A stretch of DNA of 59,858 nt, filler included, from Platydemus manokwari (Eukaryota): assembly GCA_037951405.1 (NCBI GenBank). It is 5 parts of 5 records of this genome, joined end to end, with 100 filler letters (N's around TTAATTAATTAA, not from the genome) between each part and the next. Parts side by side here need not be neighbours in the genome. Positions count along the whole stretch, not along the records: positions 50,398 to 59,858 come from JBBMOY011246430.1; 4 more parts are not named here. One strand, given 5' to 3'. Of this stretch, positions 55,381 through 59,858 are shown piece after piece. How positions within the stretch are numbered: the first letter of the stretch is position 1; every line of letters starts with the position of its first letter. A program made the translations under genes and the position numbers. The notes beneath the pieces were generated by a model. It saw nothing but the letters and a program-made list of their open reading frames with translations, did not search any database and had not been told where the DNA came from.

Positions 55381-57376
55381 AGTTAGACAAAAATTAGTTT
55401 TGTTTTAGTATTGAAAGTAACTCGTGTGATTTTTAAGTAAATAAATTTTAATAGAAGCAACTGATGTTTTTACTGGCGACCATGTTAGACTAGAGCCAAA
55501 ATAGAAAAGAGGCAGAAAATTTTTTGCCAATTTGTCACAAAACCCAGGAGTTATTGTAAAGTGGTTTCAAACAAACTAAAGATTTCACCACATTTAATCA
55601 AATAGAACTACTATTTGCACGTGACATGCTGTTGAGAGATAGCGCCAAACAACCATGGCAAGAATTCAGCAATTTCAAAGAAGCTATTTCAAGTGAAGAA
55701 ATTGAGAAATGGTTTTTGGAAACTTTCTCACATGCTAAAACAGTGTACAGCAAAGTTCTGGATTTAGCAGCAATGCAAAAAGACCAAATGAAAAATACCG
55801 CAGTTTTTAATTTCGGGTAAAGAAGCTAGTTTCGGAAGAATTTGACAAGAAAAACACATTTGAAGAAATTTCAAGACTATTTATTCTGAAAGGTCTAAAT
55901 AGCAAGAAGTTGAAAAAGTCTTTTATTCTTGATTCTGCAATGCCCGACTATAAAAGAAGAGAACTGGCTATAAATTTGGAGAAGTTAACTCCGACAAAGC
56001 CTATAAAAGCCATTAAGAAAACATATGCTCAGTCGGTATTTCAAAGTGACCTAAGAAAAACCTTTCAAAAGGAGACTTCGTTCAAAATTTAAAGTCCCAT
56101 AGTGCAGGAAAGAGATTTTGTTGTAAAGGAGTATCATCATGCACCAGTTAATCCCATGAAATCTGCAAACAATACAAGGCCAATAAGATCAATAAAGGCT
56201 ATTGCGTCTAAATTTTAAGAGGAAAACATACACTACGTGGAGATTAATTAAAACCAGTAGCTTGTTTTTGCTCTGTTGAGCTTGTACGCCGGAAGTTTAA
56301 ATGTCCACTGTGAAATAGATGTTTAATATGTGGAAAAGAAGAGCTAGAAAGCCTAGTTACAATACTTTGAGGAAAATACTATGCATATATGACGAGGACG
56401 GTAAAGCCGATATTCAAACCGAAAGTGAAACAAGTGAATGTGTAAGCTTATTCTTCAATGAGGAGAAAAAATATGGAATTAACCTGGAAGGTTAAAATCT
56501 ATACCGAATACCCTTTAATTTATAACATGGTTTTCAATCTTATACGAATTCAATTTCGAATTTCAATATCTTAAGGGATCATATCATGAAAATGCGAATG
56601 TATTCTCAATGACAGGCAAAGCATTTGTCCACATTGCCCAACTCAGCATCAGATGCTAAAGAAGGTAAAACAAAAAGTCGGTTTATTAATGTTGTCGAGC
56701 ATTCAATTGCAAATAATGACGAACTGAAGACTATTTAACAAAAAGATACTGTCGTTGGTTCATTAAAGAAAGAAGTTACCTCCCCATACCAACATCAGGC
56801 AAATGGCTTAGCCGAAAGAACTCTCAGAGACAAGGTGGTAACAACGATGGCATCAGAGAAACACGCTTGGGATAAATGAATACCTTGAATAGAATTCATC
56901 ATCAATGCAACATATCAAAGTTTAATTCAACATTCTCCTTTTCAAATATTGTTTGGACGAAGAATTAATATGCATTGGTTACAACTAAATGAACCACTCC
57001 ACCATGACCATATCATCAAAAACCGGAAAACCAGCTTAAATCAGTAGCTACAAACCTAAGGAAATTCGATGCTAAAAAAGAGGTTGTAAAATTTTCGAGG
57101 TTGAAAAAACGTTTTAGTGAAGAAAGAACCTCACAATATAAAGAAAAAGGGATCGTTATGAAGGTCATTACAGAATTTGAAACATTTTAATCCCACGTGA
57201 AGCGCTTTTTAATTTCCAGGGACAGACAAAACCTCAAAGAATTGAGTGGTTAAAAAGGATCTCAAAAACCATGGGAGAGGGAAGTTAGATAAAAATTAGT
57301 TTTGTTTAATTATTGATAGAATCACATGTGATTTTCAAATAAATAAATATTAATGGAAGAAAAATATGTTTTTGCT
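55381..57376 (+). mobile_element. Structurally complete but internally deleted Gypsy-type LTR retrotransposon (2.0 kb)
   Basis: 94-bp LTRs at 55381-55474 and 57283-57376 (AGTTAG...ACT/GCT), 5-bp TSD ATTAA on both sides, PBS TGGCGACCATG at 55474, PPT GGGAGAGGGA at 57273-57282. Gag fragments (ORFs 55626, 55910). Integrase TSPYQHQANGLAER...WDK*IP*IEFIINATYQSLIQHSPFQILFGR. Confidence 0.9.
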
Positions 57377-57512
57377 ATTAATATTATCATATTGATTTTG
57401 ATTTATTTTATAAAATGTATTGATATTTCTCAATAAAATTAAAAATAAAAAATTCAAAATTTAAAGAAAATTTTCAAAGGTGAGTTTTAGTGTTATCAAT
57501 AGGGATTTTCAT

Positions 57513-58245
57513 AATTTCAGAGTTTTTCCTCGTCGAGATTTGTAAAATTTCATGAATTTTTCATTGATTTTCTATAATAAAAACAAACTTTTGGGGTGAC
57601 CATTTTTCGACATAATTTGTGCCATTTAACGTTTACTTAGTGAGATTTAAAGTACTTTCTTTGAGATGATAGACGTTTCTTCAAATTTCATGGATTTTCC
57701 GAAATTTAAATACCATTATCAAAAACGAGTATTTATCCGTTAGCTATAGGATAATGAAAAATTTCAGATTTTTTCCTCATTGAATTTTGTAAAATTTTAT
57801 TAATTTTTCATTGATTTTCAAAAATATACATAAATATTTGAGTGACCACGTTTCGATCTTATATTAGCCATTTAACGTTTATACAGCGAGATTTTCGAGT
57901 TTCATCTTTGAAATGATCAACTTTTCATCAAATTGTTCAGTTGAGTTTTTTCGATAATTATAAGAATTTCGAGAATTTAATCTTTTGCTCTTTTTTAGAT
58001 TTGTAAAATTTCATTTGTTTTTCGTAGATTTTCTGTAATATAGACAAATATTTCATGACCATTTTTCCACCTTATTTTGGGCATTTATTTAGAGAGATTT
58101 TCGGGTTTTTTCTTTATGACGATAAACTTGTTAAAGTTGACTTTTTTCGTTAATTTTTAGAATTTTGAAGATTCGATCTTTTTCACTACTTTAGATATGT
58201 CAAATCTCATTAGTCTTTCATTGAGTTTCTAAGGTATAGACAAAA
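57513..58245. repeat. Degenerate tandem repeat, ~200-250-bp unit, ~4 copies
   Basis: Recurring tttgtaaaatttcat...ttttcattgattttc...tgacca.tttt...gccatttaacgttt...gagattt at ~57538, 57786, 57999, 58195. Confidence 0.75.
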
Positions 58246-58277
58246 AAGTATGCCAATTCATCGACGTTAATTTGGAT

Positions 58278-58302
58278 ATATAACATATATAACATATATA
58301 AC

Positions 58303-58356
<54 letters not shown>
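58278..58356. repeat. (ATATAACAT)n + (AAT)n simple repeats
   Basis: Visible directly. Confidence 0.9.
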
Positions 58357-58357
<1 letters not shown>

Positions 58358-58409
58358 TTTATTTATAGTTACAAAAGTCGTTTTAAAAACGCCAAGTATT
58401 TATATAATT

Positions 58410-58937
58410 CTAAAATTTTGTTTTAATCAACCCATTACAATTAAATCTTCCCAACATCTTTTCTTCTTTTAAATCTATCAATCTATAAGTTATGGGTTTG
58501 GTTTTACAAACCTCTTTAATAATAGAGATTTCCTTTGAATATTTTGTGGTATATCCTTTTTCGAACTTGTATTTATATTTGAAAATTCTCACTTTATCTA
58601 GAACTTTAAATTTTGGTTGAGCATTTAAATTATTATTAAAATTATTCCATTCTCCAATTTTTTCTTTAATTATTTCTGGATTTTTACTAGGTTCAGCAGG
58701 GGTAACTCCAATATTTGAATGAATTTTATTATTATATTTAAAAACAAAATTTTGCAATAAATTATTATCCCATTTATAACTTCCAGCCGCTGTAAAATGT
58801 TTCTACATAATATTTTTCAAAGTTCTAATAAAAATTTCTGCAAAAACAGCTTTACCTTCATTTTCTATATGAAATAAAATGATTTTATTTTCATCACAAA
58901 ATTTTTTAAAAAATTTACCTCTAATTCCAGATTCGAG
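58410..58937 (-). pseudogene. Maverick/Polinton (adintovirus-type) c-integrase, C-terminal half, one in-frame stop
   Basis: LESGIRGKFFKKFCDENKIILFHIENEGKAVFAEIFIRTLKNIM*KHFTA...YNNKIHSNIGVTP...PKFKVLDKVRI...FEKGYTTKYSKE...PITYRLIDLKEEKMLGRF, the characteristic Polinton integrase core and C-terminal signature. Confidence 0.9.
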
Positions 58938-59381
58938 CCCATTTTTGACCCGTATAATTATGTACAGGATTACTTTTGTTTAATGGATTCATCCTTTTAA
59001 AATGAAATTCCCCCAGATGACAACCAGTACTAAATTTATTTCAAAACCAATTATTTGTAATTGCTTCTTATATATCACCTCCCGCTACTATCTTATTTGG
59101 ATCACCTCCAATAAATTTAAAACCTCTTAATTTCTTACTTTTCGAACTGGTACTAAAAGTCGAACTTTGTTCAAGTTCGGCGAACGAAGTTCTTTCCCTT
59201 CCTTTGGCATATTCATACTATTAGTACCACTCGTATTTTTCATACTCATACCATTCGTACTATTTATATTCGTATTATTCGCACTCTTACCATTCATATG
59301 AGATTTGACTTTTTCATGTTTTGATTTATTAGATTTATAAGTTTTCTTATCACAAATCTGACAAAAATAATTTGTACACAT
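58938..59381 (-). pseudogene. Polinton-like ORF: C2H2-type zinc finger followed (after a frameshift) by a truncated PLA2X/parvovirus-VP1u-like N-terminus
   Basis: YFCQICDKKTYKSNKSKHEKVKSH, then GGDI*EAI...GEFHF...VHNYTGQK, resembling GGDIQK..E.H..Y.YxGPGT. Cut at the junction with the integrase. Confidence 0.55.
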
Positions 59382-59444
59382 TTTTAAAATCTAAAAATAA
59401 TCCCCCAAAAATGGGGACAAATAGTTTAAAATTTATTGAGGAAA

Positions 59445-59735
59445 ATGGAAAACGGTTATTTAAAAAAAGTAGAAAATTCTGGAGAATCTATAATATGTTA
59501 TGGTGAAACATTTATGCTTACTTATTGTAAACACTATTTGCTTGAAGAATGTAATAAAAAAAATAGATACGATAAATGTCCTTATTGTATACAAAATATA
59601 CATGAAATGATCATTCTATTGAATTGCATAAATATAAAAATTTCTGAATATATCATTAGAGAATTCCAAGATGAAGTAAATTGGAAAGTTATTTCAGAAC
59701 ATCAAGATTTATCGGAAGATTTTATAAGAGAATGA
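59445..59735 (+). pseudogene. Viral-type RING finger (eroded) fused to a tryptophan-repeat unit
   Basis: ESIICY...LTYCKHYLLEEC...KCPYC (RING with two ligands mutated), then ISEYIIREFQDEVNWKVISEHQDLSEDFIRE, matching the LSE.FIREF.D.VNW..IS..Q tryptophan repeat. Confidence 0.7.
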
Positions 59736-59858
59736 TTCAGTAATAAATGAATTTATTGTTGTAAATAAACCAACACCTGCACCACAATATAAAGCAATTG
59801 TTGGTAAAATTCCAAAACCTGAAAGAACTGGTAAAATGGTAGATATTATAGTTAAAGC
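59727..59858 (+). pseudogene. Partial intronless ORF with a KPxPAP motif, probably part of the same viral element
   Basis: ..VINEFIVVNKPTPAPQYKAIVGKIPKPERTGKMVDIIVK, open to the window end. Confidence 0.35.

Overview
AT-rich eukaryotic (animal) genomic DNA, not prokaryotic. The window is five unrelated contigs joined by artificial 100-nt spacers (N44-TTAATTAATTAA-N44). Genes have many short (~40-60 nt) GT-AG introns. This is compatible with a planarian-type flatworm, but that assignment is inference only. Spliced host genes reconstructed by eye: the 5' part of a USP9X/FAF-like deubiquitinase (-), a complete RXR/USP-type nuclear receptor (+), a calcipressin/RCAN (+), a divergent UBL-STI1-UBA ubiquilin/Dsk2-like gene (-), an RNF126/RNF115-like zinc-ribbon + RING-H2 E3 (+), and internal exons of a possible RhoGAP (-). 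The intergenic DNA is full of decayed mobile elements: Gypsy LTR pieces including a complete 2-kb element with 94-bp AG..CT LTRs, an R2/NeSL-type RLE LINE, Merlin, hAT, piggyBac and MULE remnants, and a MITE. The most notable item is at the right end: an eroded endogenous Polinton/adintovirus-like virus fragment with a c-integrase, a zinc-finger ORF leading into a PLA2X-like N-terminus, and a divergently oriented RING + entomopoxvirus-type tryptophan-repeat ORF. All family calls are motif recognition from memory; no searches were run.
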